Shown here in pieces: positions 11,061-23,600 of a DNA stretch of 64,000 nucleotides. Positions within the stretch are counted from its first letter, which is position 1. Each line of letters begins with the position of its first letter. Source of the stretch: Azolla caroliniana (Eukaryota > Plantae > Polypodiophyta); assembly GCA_043228905.1 (NCBI GenBank), contig JBHGNT010000022.1, positions 5,146,001-5,210,000 on the forward strand. The letters are read 5' to 3'. Under the pieces are notes generated by a model, which did no database searches, was not told the origin of the DNA, and saw nothing but the letters and a program-made list of their open reading frames with translations. The position numbers and the translations under genes are program-made.

Positions 11061-13174
11061 ATGGAGGAGCAAATGAGGCTTATGTGTATGATGATGGAAC
11101 GAGTTATGCGGGAACAAGGGATGATGGCAATCATCGACAAAGTCGTCGACAATATTCTCGTACGAGTAGGAATCTTCGAAGGTATAAATTTAACAAGATT
11201 TCTGAAGATTTATAATGAAGAAATGCTTAAACGCGGTGTCGATGAAGCTACAAAAATTAATAGCTTTAGTCGAGTCGCTGCGATTGGGCTACAAGAAAGG
11301 ATCCAGGAGCTACAGAGGGAACATCAGACATGGGCGACTTTCGAAAGAGCATTGCTAAATGAATACAACCTCAATGATATGTCAAGGATTACAAGGCGAG
11401 CTTTCATGGATTGGGTAGAGTCTGATAAACATTTAAATGTTTTGGAAGTGTTAAAAGAGTTTTCAGAAAGGTTTGAGCAATTAAATGTTAGAGATAGAAA
11501 TATAATAATGCCAGATAAAGTAATATTGTTTCTACAAGCTACTAATATTAAAGACAGGAAGGACTTGGGAATGCTTTTAGAAGATCAGAATAGTCCAAGT
11601 GGACTTACCGAAGACTGGGAGGAGGTGAAAAGGGCGTGCGCCCATTTCTACAAAAGAAAGTTATGGTTTATGGAGTTGCTCGACAGAAATGATGAAGAAA
11701 TGGGGAACGAGTTGGGAGAAAAGAAAGTAGAAGAATCGCTCTTACACGAATTGGTGAAAGGCATGAAAGACTTGTTGATCAAAGTGACGAAGCGAGAATC
11801 GGGACAAAGCTCGACTTCATCAAGGCAGGGAGGTGGAATGGTCCGAAGGTGTATGTGGTGGATAGTATCGACCACCAGAAGAAAGATTGTTAAGAGCATA
11901 GGGATGCTCTTAATCATAATAAAATCTACTATCAAGATGGCAAGATTCACTCGACAGAGACTTGACAACCACTTCAACTCAACTTCGGGCGAGGAGGAAT
12001 GAAAAATCTAATGGAAGATGCTGAGAGAGAAATGACTCAAGCGATACAATCCGTGGCAACCTTAGGGTTGCGCGTAGAAGACTCATATGGTGGATCTGGC
12101 TTTTGGCAAGATGTGATGGATTATTCAAGAAAAGGGAAGGTTCGAGTGGATGAATTAAAAAGAGCGGGAGATGAAATACGAAACTTCACTGGATGGAATG
12201 ATCCAGTAGACGCGCTACCAGCATTCGCCCAAGTGAATGCACATGATGTGCTAGTGGAAGAGAAGCGGAAGAGAGCTGAGGAAGCTGATCCGACAAAGAG
12301 ACATGAGACACGAGAACAGAAGAGAAGGGAGATGGAAAAGGGTGCTACTGAGCCGAAGGAAGCTGATAAAGTAAAAGGAAAGAGAGGCCCATCTTTCAAG
12401 CTTGCCTCAGACATAGAAACAACGACGGATATAAAAAAGGTACTAGAAACAAGAATACTAAATAGTAAGGTAGAATTTACTTTAAGAGAAGTGTTGGGTA
12501 TAGCAAAGAAAGAATTTCATGAAGTTATCATAGATATTATTAGAAGAAAGAGACAGGTGACGGAGGAAATTACGGGAGGGTGTGCAGCAACACTCCAAGA
12601 TTTGTATGGTGGCACCATCAATGTTGCAAGTGTAAAAAACCAAAATGATGTTGGCGTCCATGAAGGGGATAGGAGTCACTATACAAGGGACCATTGGGCT
12701 TGAGCAACAACGGAGGCACCTGCAAAAATCGGGGAGCAGCAAATTCCATGTATTGCTTTGATCGATCATGGATCCGAGATTAACATGATGTCATCGGAAT
12801 TTTACGCTCGAGGACGGTGGCCGATTGACAAGAATCATGGGTGGAAAATAAGAGCTGCCACAGAGACTACGGAGGATCTATTCGGAGCATGTCCTAGTGT
12901 GAAGGTAACAATTGGTGATGTGTCGGTGAATCAAAATTTCTTTGTGCAAGATTGATCAACCTACCCCGTCATCCTTGGTCAGCCCTATATCACCGCAGTG
13001 AGGATGGAAACAAAGGTTATTGATGATGGTAAGGCTTTCGCGAGAATCAAGAGTCAAGATGGAAGAAAGACTATCCAATCCTTAACCGTGAGGCCCAACC
13101 ATGAAAGAAACAAAGAATGCTTGAGGGAACATCCAATTCAAGAGATGGATGAAGAGTTTTCCCAAGATTTTTAG
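11061..13174 (+). pseudogene. gypsy gag-protease ORF (disrupted)
   Basis: gag 11061-; CCHC knuckle broken by a frameshift (CMW/DSIDHQKKDC, ~11850-11890); protease LIDHGSEIN..VILGQPY; internal stops at 12703 and 12955; ends at TAG 13172-13174. Confidence 0.85.
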
Positions 13175-16100
13175 ATAGGGCTTTTATAGGTAGGGATTGT
13201 GATAGCCCGGACATGAAAGAAAACCCCATAAATAATAATGTAAATAGAGATATTCTTTGTACAATCTCATCTAGTGGTGCTACTTTTATACTAAAGGCCG
13301 ATAATAATAAAATACAAAATACTTTCGAGTACTTTAAGTATTCTGGATTAATAGATAATGATGAAGAAATTCAGGATATGTTTGAAGAATTAAGTTTCGA
13401 AGATACAATAAGTCATTTGGAAGCAATGGAGGACAAGGAAGAAATTCAAGTTCCTGTCCATTCTATCAAGATGTACGAGGTCATTGAAGAAGTTGCTCGA
13501 AAGGATCATGAGGCATATGTGATGACAAAGTACAAGACAGTGGAGAAGAAGGTTCGTCCTATTGTTGCTCCACTTCCAAGGGATAGTGAAAGGGCAATCA
13601 AAGAAGCAACTATAGAGCCAATTATCAGAGACCCACGAAAGGTAAGACATGCGTTTACTCCGGAAACAATACAAGGGATGAAAATAGGAGGGGGTGACTT
13701 CCTATTACCTGCTGAAGAAAAGCAGTTCAAGGAGATGTTAAAAAGGCATGGAAAGGCATTCGCATTCCTACCAGAGGAAATAGGGTGTGTGGATCCAGAA
13801 ATTGTGGAACCCATGGTTATATTCACTATCCCTCATATTCCATGGAACTTTAAGCCAATACCCATGCCTAGGGCTAGAATCCCTCAACTATTAGAACTTT
13901 TGAAAGAAAAGATAAGGACGGGTATCTTGGAACCATCGAACGCTCCTTACTCGAGTCGATGGTTCACTGTGTTAAAGAAAGATGGGCGACTCCGATTTAT
14001 CCAAGATATGCAACCTGTGAATAAGGTAACAATCCGAAACTCGGGAGTAGGACCAATTGTGGATGAGTTTGCTGAGATGTTTGCAGGAAGAGCTATATAT
14101 TCAATGGGAGACCTTTATTCCGGGTATGATCAATTTCAACTTGCTATCAAAAGTCGAGATATAACTTCTATCAAGACACCTATAGGGTTAGTACGGATGT
14201 GTACCTTGCCGCAAGGAGCGACCAACTCAGTGGCGTATATGATGAATGGAATGAACAAGGTACTTCGTGATTTTATTCCTCATATTACAATGCCTTTTTT
14301 AGATGATGTTCCAATTAAGGGATGCAAGGAGGAAGAGAAGAATGAGGAATTGGACGAAAGTGGTTGCCGTCAATTCGTTGCTGATCATATCAAGGATTGT
14401 GAGAAGGTGCTATCAAGGATGGAAGAAGTTCATTTGACCTTATCAAGGGCAAAGTCAATATTTGGGGCAAAAGAGATATTAATAGTTGGTCATATGTGTG
14501 GCCCGTACGGGAGAAAGCCGTCCCCAACCAAGGTCAATGCAATTCAAAATATGCAAGAGGAATGTACATCTGTCTCAGAAGTACGAAGGTTTTTGGGGGT
14601 ATGTATTTTTTACTGTAAATGGATTCCGCATTATGCCCATTTATCCGAACCTTTATATAGACTCCTAAGAAAAGGAGAGACATTTGAATGGAGTGAAGAG
14701 CATTTAGAAGCAATGAAGATATTGAAGTACTACTTGGCACAAGCTCCACCATTAAAGCAACCAGACTATACCCGGCCCATATATCTCACAGTTGACTTTA
14801 GTCCCATTGGAATTGGATGGGTGATAAGCCAACAAGATAGGGAAGAAAGGTATCCAATCCGATTCAGGGCAAAGGTTCTTAGTGGTTGACAAAGAAAATA
14901 TGCACAGGTGAAAAGAGAGCTATGGGGGATAGTAACAGCAGTAAAGACAAACATAGATTACTTAATTGGTGCTGAAGTAATAATAGAAACAGATTGTTTG
15001 CCTATTCTTGGTATCATAGCTAATTGTGATATTCCAGATCAAGCCATGTTAAGATGGTGTACCTATATTAGATCAGTCAACCCTGAAGTTAGACATATCT
15101 CTGGGAATAGAAATGCAGTAGCAGATATGTTATCAAGAGCAAGGTATAAGGAAGAGGAGATTCCAGTCTCGGACGATGAGGACAAAGAACAAACAGTCCT
15201 TGCCACAAGCATTACCCGAAAAAAAAGAATGCAGTTTCTAGTAGAGGAGTATGAAGAAGAATTCAAGGAAATAGGGAAATACCTACAAACCCCTGACAAG
15301 TACAAAGGTCAATCTGGAAAAGAGTTCGCACAGTTTCGCAAGAAAACCCATAAGTTCATCCTGCATGAAGGATATCTATGGCGACATCCAAAGACCAAGA
15401 CTGGAAACCCGCAAAGAGTAATAGGTTCTGAAGTGCAAAGAAAGGAGGTAATGAGAGAGTTGCATGACAAAGAATGGGCTGGTCAACGAGGATTGTGGGC
15501 CACTTTCAGTAAGATTAAAGAACGGTTTTGGTGGCCTCGATACTATGAGGAAATAAAGAAGTATGTGGGAACTTGTCCCACTTGTCAATATTATTCAAAT
15601 ATAAAATTTTGTGATGAGTTAAACCCAACATACTCACCGGGGGTGCATTACAAGTGGATGATAGATTTGGTAACAATGCCACTTGGAGTAGGACAAAAGA
15701 GATACTTGGTTCTTGCTAGAGAAGATCTAACAAATCAAGTGGAAGGTCGTTCATTGTGAACAAAAGGGACATTAGGAGTATGTCAATTCATCTTGGAGGA
15801 CATTGTTTGTAGATATGGATGTATCGGGAAGATAGTGGCAGATAGGGGAGAACTCAATTCTGCGGAAGCTCAAGATTTTTTCGACAAAATAGGAATTCGG
15901 CTTTCTTTGACAACGGCGTACAATCCAGAAGCTAATGGAAAGATAGAAAGGGGACATGGGCCAATTGTCAAAGCTTTGGCAAAGGCATGTAGAGGACGAG
16001 TTAGTGATTGGCCAAAAATCTTACCCTATGCACTATGGGCTGATAGGACAACTCACAGCACTGTTACTGGATATATGCCTGTAGAATTAATCACAGGACA

Positions 16101-16629
16101 GAAGCCAATAATGCCAATTGAAGAAAAGATAACTACATGGGTTGTGTTGCCTTGGGAATTGGAAATGAGTAGGGAAGATTTACTTGCGATTCGAATACGA
16201 CAACTTCAATCAAGGACAGAAGACATAGAAAAAGCAGCTACTAGATTGAAAGAGGCAAGAATCAAGAATAAGGATAGATTTGACAAGATGAAAAGAATAC
16301 GACCAAGAAAGGTGCAAGAGGGAGATTGGGTATTAGTATATGATAGTGGCCTAGATAATCAATACAGTACTATTCAGAAGTTTGCAAAAAGATGGTTTGG
16401 ACCTTGTGAAATTAGGAAAATAACAGATAAAGCCACATACTTCCTCAATGAATTAGATGGGACAGAAATTCGTATCCCAATTGCAGGAAAAAGGATTAAA
16501 ATATTTAAAAGGAGGGAGTCATTAGAGCCCGATTTTTATGAAGAAGTAGAAATACTAAAAGAATCGGAAGAAGTGTTGGATGAACTCTGCACAACCAATG
16601 TGCAAGTTCAGAGGGGGTGGGTGTCGTGA
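13165..16629 (+). pseudogene. gypsy pol (RT, RNase H, integrase), disrupted
   Basis: RT LRFIQD..DLYSGYDQ..PQGATNS..FLDD; RNase H; H2C2 zinc finger (LHD..CPTCQ); integrase VADRG..NGKIERGH, GPF-like region; stops at 14889 and 15759. Confidence 0.92.
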
Positions 16630-17514
16630 AGAATGTGCTTCACGATATAAAAATGAGCTTAAATATTGTATTTAATAATAATTGAGAGACTTGAACCCAC
16701 ATCCTTATATACGAAGTACAATGTACATACCACTAGGCTAGGCTATTTATTTGTAAAAGTTTGTAAAAAAATGTCCTTCATGATATAAGAATGAAGCTAT
16801 ATATTGTATTGAGTAAAATAGAGAGACTTGAACTCTCAACCTTGTATACCAAACACAAAGCATACACCACTAAGCTAGGTTAGTTATTTTAGAATGTATT
16901 TTCATCATTATACTTATCCCATATCTATTTTCATACATAGCCATCACGCATCACATGCAATGCATGTGCGCCAAATGGCGATCATGCATTACATGTAACT
17001 CATGCATTGCATGCATGCCATGCTCCCATACATTACCATATGCATGGCAACACTTATATAAAGAGGTGCAAGGAAACAAGAGGGAATCAAGAAGAGAGAG
17101 GGAGAAAATAATACAATCAAGTAAAGAAGACTAGCTCATTGGGTGGAGAACCTCTTGTTTCGAAGTTGAGGTCATGGGTTCAAATCAAGGGTCGGTAGAG
17201 AATGTGTTCAGTTTGCGATCAAGGATTGTAAAGTTGGTAATTATATCAAATACTCTTGCGTCTTGAACCATACTTTGTCTCAATCTTCCTTCTTAAATCA
17301 TACTTTGTCTTTATCTTGCTTCTTGAATCATATATTGTCTCTATCTTCTATCTATTCTCGTCTCTCTCTCACACACATTACTCGTAACTCTTCTTCTTGC
17401 TATTCTTAACCTTTCTAACATCACCATACAAGCCTTATTAAAATTTAAGTTCCTTCAACTTCCCTTAACCTTAGTCCCTGCGACTTCGCCGCATGAACCA
17501 CAACTACCCCGATA
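16622..17514 (+). repeat. 3' LTR of gypsy element (893 bp)
   Basis: Direct repeat of 10100-11021 with a ~28-bp deletion; terminal CA mutated to TA. Confidence 0.95.
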
Positions 17515-17518
17515 GCGT

Positions 17519-20486
17519 GAGCCGATCTTCGGCTTCTATCTCTATTTCAGCGGATTCCGGGTCGAGCGGAATCGGAGTCGAAGTAGTCTCTAGTGCGTAC
17601 CAGGATGCGGACTCATCAAAAACGACGTCTCGACTTACTCGACCCTTCCGAGTAGAGGGGTTATAGCACTTGTACCCCTTTTGCTCCAGTGAGTATCCTA
17701 TGAGGATACATTTCTCCGACTTCGGGTCGAGCTATTGTCGCTTCTTGTCGGGGATGTGCATGTATGCAATGGAGCCGAATATCCGAACATGTGATAGGTC
17801 CGGCTTTTTTCCGAAAAACTTCTCGTGTGGAGTAAGTGCGTGCACACCCGATGTCGTACACCGATTCATGAGGTATACGACCGTGTTAACCGCTTCTGTC
17901 CAGTACGACTTCGGCAGGTGCTTTTTGCTTATCATGGCCCGTGCTACTTCGAGGATGTGCCGATTCTTTCGTTCGGCTACACCGTTTTGCTGAGATGTGT
18001 GTTGGCACAAGAATGCTCATCGGATTCCTTCCTTTTGGAGATATGTCGTAAACTCATCCAAGAAATATTCCTTGCCTCCATCTGATCAAAGGCATCGTAC
18101 ATGTCGGCTCGTGGCTTTCTCGACTTCATTTTTAAATTTTTGGAAGTGTCTAAACACTTCACCCTTTTGCCGCATGGGGTAGATCCAGGTGTGCCTGGAG
18201 AAGTCGTCGATGAAAGCCACGTAGTATCGACATCCGTCGAATGTAGTCGTCTAAGCCGGACCCCATAGATCAGAATGGATTATGTCGAGTATGCCTTTGC
18301 TCACGTTTCGCTCCTTTGGAAATGGGTGCCGATGTTGCTTGCCAAATTGGCAAGCAGGGGGCAAGCGGCACACACGCCTTCAATCTCTTTCTCTTTGACT
18401 GTCGGGAGCCCGATGACGACACCTTTCGATTGCATCACCTTAAGCTTTTGAAATATGATATTGCCAATCCGCTTGTGCCATAACTCTATGTCGGAGTTGG
18501 CTTTCGTGCCTTTTGCGAACATGGCCGATTTCATCTCGTGTGAGTCGAGAATGAACATTCGGCTCTCTTCGTCCGTGAGCGATGAGTCAGCCCTCTATTT
18601 TGATGAAGCAACCGCCTTGATTAAATCGTATTTGCATGCCTTGCTCAACAATTTGGCCGACGGAGACCAAATTCTTCATAATGGTCGGTACATGCAAGAC
18701 ATTCTTAATAAAATTTTGGTTACATTCTTTGCCGAATGGGACATTGCCGATGTGTCGAATCGGATGCGTAGTGTCGTCTTCGATCTCGACATAGCCAGGT
18801 CAGTCCGGCTCTCCAATTTCTCGGAACCATTCTTGATGAGATGCCATATGGTTCGAGGCACCCGAGTCGACGAACCATATGTCTTCTGAACTAGATGCGT
18901 TATTCGAAGTAGAAGCCGACATAGAATTTTCTCTATGTCTCATCACGAACATTCCGCCATGATCGTCATAGTCAGAGTTGGTGGCGTAATTGGTGAGTTG
19001 TCGACTTGTGGAAGCCGACTCGCGCATCTTCTTACGACACTCTTCTTTGTGGTGACTGATTTTTCCGTAATATCCGCATACAATCGAGTTTTTTCGGCTT
19101 GGACCGGAATGGAAGCTCCCCCTTCTTCCGAAGGTTCCTCGATGGCTTCCGTCTTGATGCCAAAATTGCGAGTTGTTTTCGTAAGTCGGGCCTCGTCCGC
19201 CTCGTCCTTGGCCGAATCGGCCTCTTCTTGCACGGCCGCGTCCTCTTCCTCCATCCGAATGTGAGTAAATCATGTGTCCTTCCGAGGCGTTGCTCCTTGT
19301 TCGAACATGGTTTTCTTCAACCAACAACATGGATTGAAGATCGAAGAAGGAGGGCGGATTCTCCCGTGCTAGTACAACAGTCCTCATCACGCCGAACCAT
19401 GGTGCAAGGCCGCCGAGGCATATTTGCACCATCTCATCATCGTCCACATTGACGATTATCGAGCCGAGCGAGTCGCAAATGTCCTTGATCTTCAAGGTGT
19501 AGCTCGTGATGGACATATCCCTTTGTTGGATGTTGTTCAACTCTTGGCAGAGTTGAAGCTTTCTCGCGGTTGTGTTGGCAGTGAAGATCTTTCGTAGATT
19601 CTCCCACGCTTCCTTTGGTGTCTCGACTTCTCGAATGTAGTCGTGCATGTGGTCGTGAACACATGTCGCCAACCAATACATCACTCGACTTGCCGCTTGC
19701 TCCCATGTTGCGTAGTCGGCGTCTTTCGGATCGAGTCGATTTTCTTGTGCTCCTTTGATGTAGCTCCAATAGCCTTGTCCGACAAGGTCTTGGTGCATCT
19801 TGTACTCCCAAGATGCAAAGTTGCTTCGATCTAACTTCTCGTTAGTGAGAGTGCTCCCCATTTGAGTATTCATTGTGGATGAAGGTGTCTTTCTTATTTT
19901 CTTTTCCTTCTCTCTTGAATGTGAGTTATGTAGTCGCACTACGATATCGATGGACCGGTTGTTCTCAAACGTCGGCGTAGAACACAACACATGCGGATGG
20001 GCTAGATCGAGCTACCAAACCGCTCTGGTACCATGTAAAGAATCAGATATGATTCTTGTGTAGTGGAAGAGATGTGTGTTATGTGGGAGAGAAAAGAGAG
20101 AAGAGAAGAGAAACACGAGATAGATAAGCTAGAGAAATGAAATACTCAAGAAGAAGAAGATGTATATTCACAAGTAGAATAGCAAATACAAAATGTAGCA
20201 TTACAAGGAGTCACAACCGACTTAGTATGAAGTATGAGGAGGGTGCTTCATATATAGCCAACCTCTCTCTTCATTAACTAACTACAACAACCACTCTCTC
20301 TTGGGGAATGTGAAGACTCATAGTCATGGGGAATATGTAACTCATTAGTTATGTGTCATAGAATATGATTCTATGACACATAGTTAATGTGTAGAGAGTA
20401 ATTGTATGACTCATCACCTTTGAGTAATCATAGATTCTCAAAAGGTGTGTTCACACGTTGCACTATGTTGCGCTTGATTCTCAACA
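17519..20486 (-). mobile_element. Ty1/copia 5' part (LTR, PBS, gag, PR, integrase)
   Basis: LTR 20034-20486; PBS TGGTACCAGAGC 20022-20033; gag EKLDRSNFASW, knuckle remnant, WFVDSGASNHM; LWHKRIG; QQNGVAERKNRHI. Confidence 0.9.
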
Positions 20487-20621
20487 TGTGTCATAGAATA
20501 TGATTCTATGACACAAAGTTAATGTGTAGAGAGTAGTGGTGTGACTCATGACCTTTTGAGTGATCATAGATTCTCAAAGGTGTGTTCACATGTTGCATTA
20601 GGTTGAGCTTGAGTCTCAACA
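20487..20621 (-). repeat. Diverged duplicate of the copia LTR end (fragment of a related LTR)
   Basis: Repeats 20352-20486 with substitutions; ends GTTGAGCTTGAGTCTCAACA. Confidence 0.75.
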
Positions 20622-23600
20622 ATCGGAGACAATTGATTAACACAAGACAAAAGACGAATTGGAGACAGCCAATTTGGTTGAGGAGTTTGATTTGGGAGAG
20701 CCGAATCATATGAAGGTCAGGTAGACGAGAGGACAACTGAAGCCGACAACGAAATGAAGGAGTGGACGGGTTGAGGGAGCTGAGAAGGGCTTGATGGTGG
20801 ACAAGCTAACCGTAAGGGTCGAGGTGCGTGGAACCAGACGAGTCAAGGTGCGTCGGACCTGAGGGGTTGTGGGACGCGGAACCAGACTAGACGTGGAGCG
20901 CGAGCCAAGCGAGAGGATTCTAGGAGTGGGTTGCAAGGACTACCTACATATGACATGACAAACCAACCTCAAGTTGAGCTTCAAGGCGAGTGTTGAGTGA
21001 GCAAGCTCAACATGGGCCAAACTGGTTGGACAAGCAAGTAGGCCATACTGACATTGATCCGGTTGGCTATGCCCACTCAGGTTGATAAGCCTAAGCTCTA
21101 GACTAGGTTCTGGACCGGATGTTGGATAGGCTAGAGAAGCTGGATACCGGATCTGGAATGGATGACGAAGTGGCTACGGAAGCCGTCCGGAATGTCACAC
21201 GTGCCAAGTACACCTATTTTATTAAATACGTCCAACGTAGGCAATGTGTAAACAATTACTTGCGGAAGCGTTAGAAAACAGAGAAAGCAGAGGATACACA
21301 AAGTACACGGGAGAGACAGAGAGAGCAGAACGTAAAAGCTATATTCAAATCAATATAGACACTCTATACGTACAACTATGCTCAGTAGCACTATTTATAC
21401 AAGTCCTCATGGGACTGACAAAAGTACCGCATACTTCAATGCTCATACGAGCATCTAACACTTACTACGAGATTATAACTGCCTAGTAGTCTAAACTAAT
21501 ACTAGGCTTCCGGTTATCGATTGGATCCGGCTAACCGGCTCCCCAGCTCACCGGCTCTATTGCTTATCCAGCCGATCCGGCTCTAGTTGAGCTTGCCGCT
21601 CAACACTCCCCCTCAAGCTCAACTTGAGGTTGGATCCTAGTGTCAGCCTCTGTGGCAGTCAGTTCTTCCAACCGACTTCTCCTGGCGTCGCTCCGCCTTG
21701 CTCGCGCTCCTCGTCCAGTCCGGTTCTGTTTGCCGCAACCCCTCTTGTTCTGCGCACCTTGACCTCCTCGGTCGGCTTGTCTGCTCAACAGGCCCAATTC
21801 AGCTCCATTGTTGTTGTGACTTCGGCGCGTTCCGGTTCGCCGATTCCTTCATGTTGGCATCGACTTTTGCTGCCTTCTTGTCCTCTTGGCCTTGAATTGA
21901 TCTGGTTCTTCCGAATCTGTCTGTTGAACCGAATCAACTGTCTCCGATTCGTTCTAGCTCTTGTTCGAATCGGTTGCTCCCGATTTGTCTTCTCGTTCCA
22001 AGCCCTTCACCACATCAGACCATGTCCGAGTCTTGGCCTTCTTCCTTCGGTCGGCTCTATCCTTCTTGACTCTACCGCCGCTACCGCTTGTTCCGACTTG
22101 TTCGGACGTGTCGACTCAGCTCCTTTCTTCTTCTTGACTCTCCCTTCGTCGATTCTTCCCTCACCGGCGCAATCGGCAGTCTCTTTGCCTTTGCCCGTTC
22201 CCCCCCTCAAGTGTGGCACGTCGAGATGCTGAACACCAAGCATTTCGGTGAAGTGCTGCAACTTGTCCGATTCGAGTGGTTTAGTGAAGATGTCGGCAAC
22301 TTGTCGATCCGTGTGAACATACCGAAGTTCGACCTCACCGCTCAGGACACGCTCACGCACGAAGTGATAGTGCACTTCTATGTGCTTTTAGCGAGCATGG
22401 AATACGGGGTTCTTGGCGAGTTCCATGTTGCTTATGTTGTCGCAGTAGACACGAATCGGGGTCGGTACCTCGATCCGTAGGTCTTGAAACAGTCGCCAAA
22501 GCCAAATGCCTTCACAGGTGGCAATGGTAGCGCCCTGATACTCAGCCTCAGTGCTCGACAGAGCAACTATTGGCTGCTTTTTGCTGCTCCACGCAACATC
22601 TGCACTACCTAGGGAAAACATGTAACCGGAGGTTGATCGGCGATCCGATGCATCACCGGCCCAGTCGGCATCTGTGTAACCGACCAGCTCTTCGGTTATA
22701 CCACGCCGGTATAACAGGCCCCAATCCTTCGTGCCGCTTACATATCGCAGTATACGTTGCGCGCACTGAAGGTGCTCCACGGTCGGCTTCTACATGAACT
22801 GACTTATCATTCCGACCGGATAGCTGATGTCGGGTCGCGTGATAGTCAAGTAAATAAGGCTTCCGACAATTTGTCAGAACTGTTTCTCGTTGCAGGCCGG
22901 TCCAGAGTTGGGACGAAGCTTCTGGTTCAGGTCCAAGGGTGTGGAGACAGGTCAGCATTCTGTCATGCCGAACTTGTACAGCATATTCAAGACGTAATGT
23001 CGTTGTGAGAGCAATATGCCGTCGAGGATTCGGATCACCTCGATCCCAAGAAAATAATGAAGGTCCCCTAGGTCCTTCATCTCAAATGCGTCCAACAACT
23101 GGGACTTGACGCGGTTGACTTCTGGAAGACCCGGTCCGGTGATGACTAAATCATCAACATACAGCAGGATACATACCGGACCGGCTGAGCCTTGCCGAAT
23201 GAACAACGAAGAGTCAGACTTGGAGGCCGCAAACCCCATCTTACGCAACTGGTGCGTGATCTTCTCATTCCAAGGTCGAGGGGCTTGCTTCAGGCCGTAC
23301 AACGACTTCTTTAGCCGGCATACCGCCGACTTGTTCATCTCCGATTGAAAACCGGGGGCCGGAGTCATAAAGACTTCTTCTTCAAGATCACCTTGAAGAA
23401 ACGCATTCTTCACATCCATCTGGTGAAGATGTCACCCTCTTGTTGCAGCAACCGCCAGCACCACGCGAACCGTCGTCATCTTAGTTACCGGAGCGAAGGT
23501 CTCGTCGTAGTCGATTCCGTGGGTCTGCGCGTATCCCTTCGCCACTAACTGTGCCTTGTACCGATTAATTAAACCGTCGACGTTGTACTTTACCTTGTAC

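Larger units (their letters stand above)
10100..17514 (+). mobile_element. Complete Ty3/gypsy (non-chromovirus) LTR retrotransposon, inactivated
   Basis: LTRs 10100-11021 and 16622-17514 (TGTCGTGAAG..CCCGACA/CCCGATA); 4-bp TSD GCGT (10096-10099, 17515-17518); PBS 11025-11043; PPT 16610-16621; domain order gag-PR-RT-RH-INT. Confidence 0.95.
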
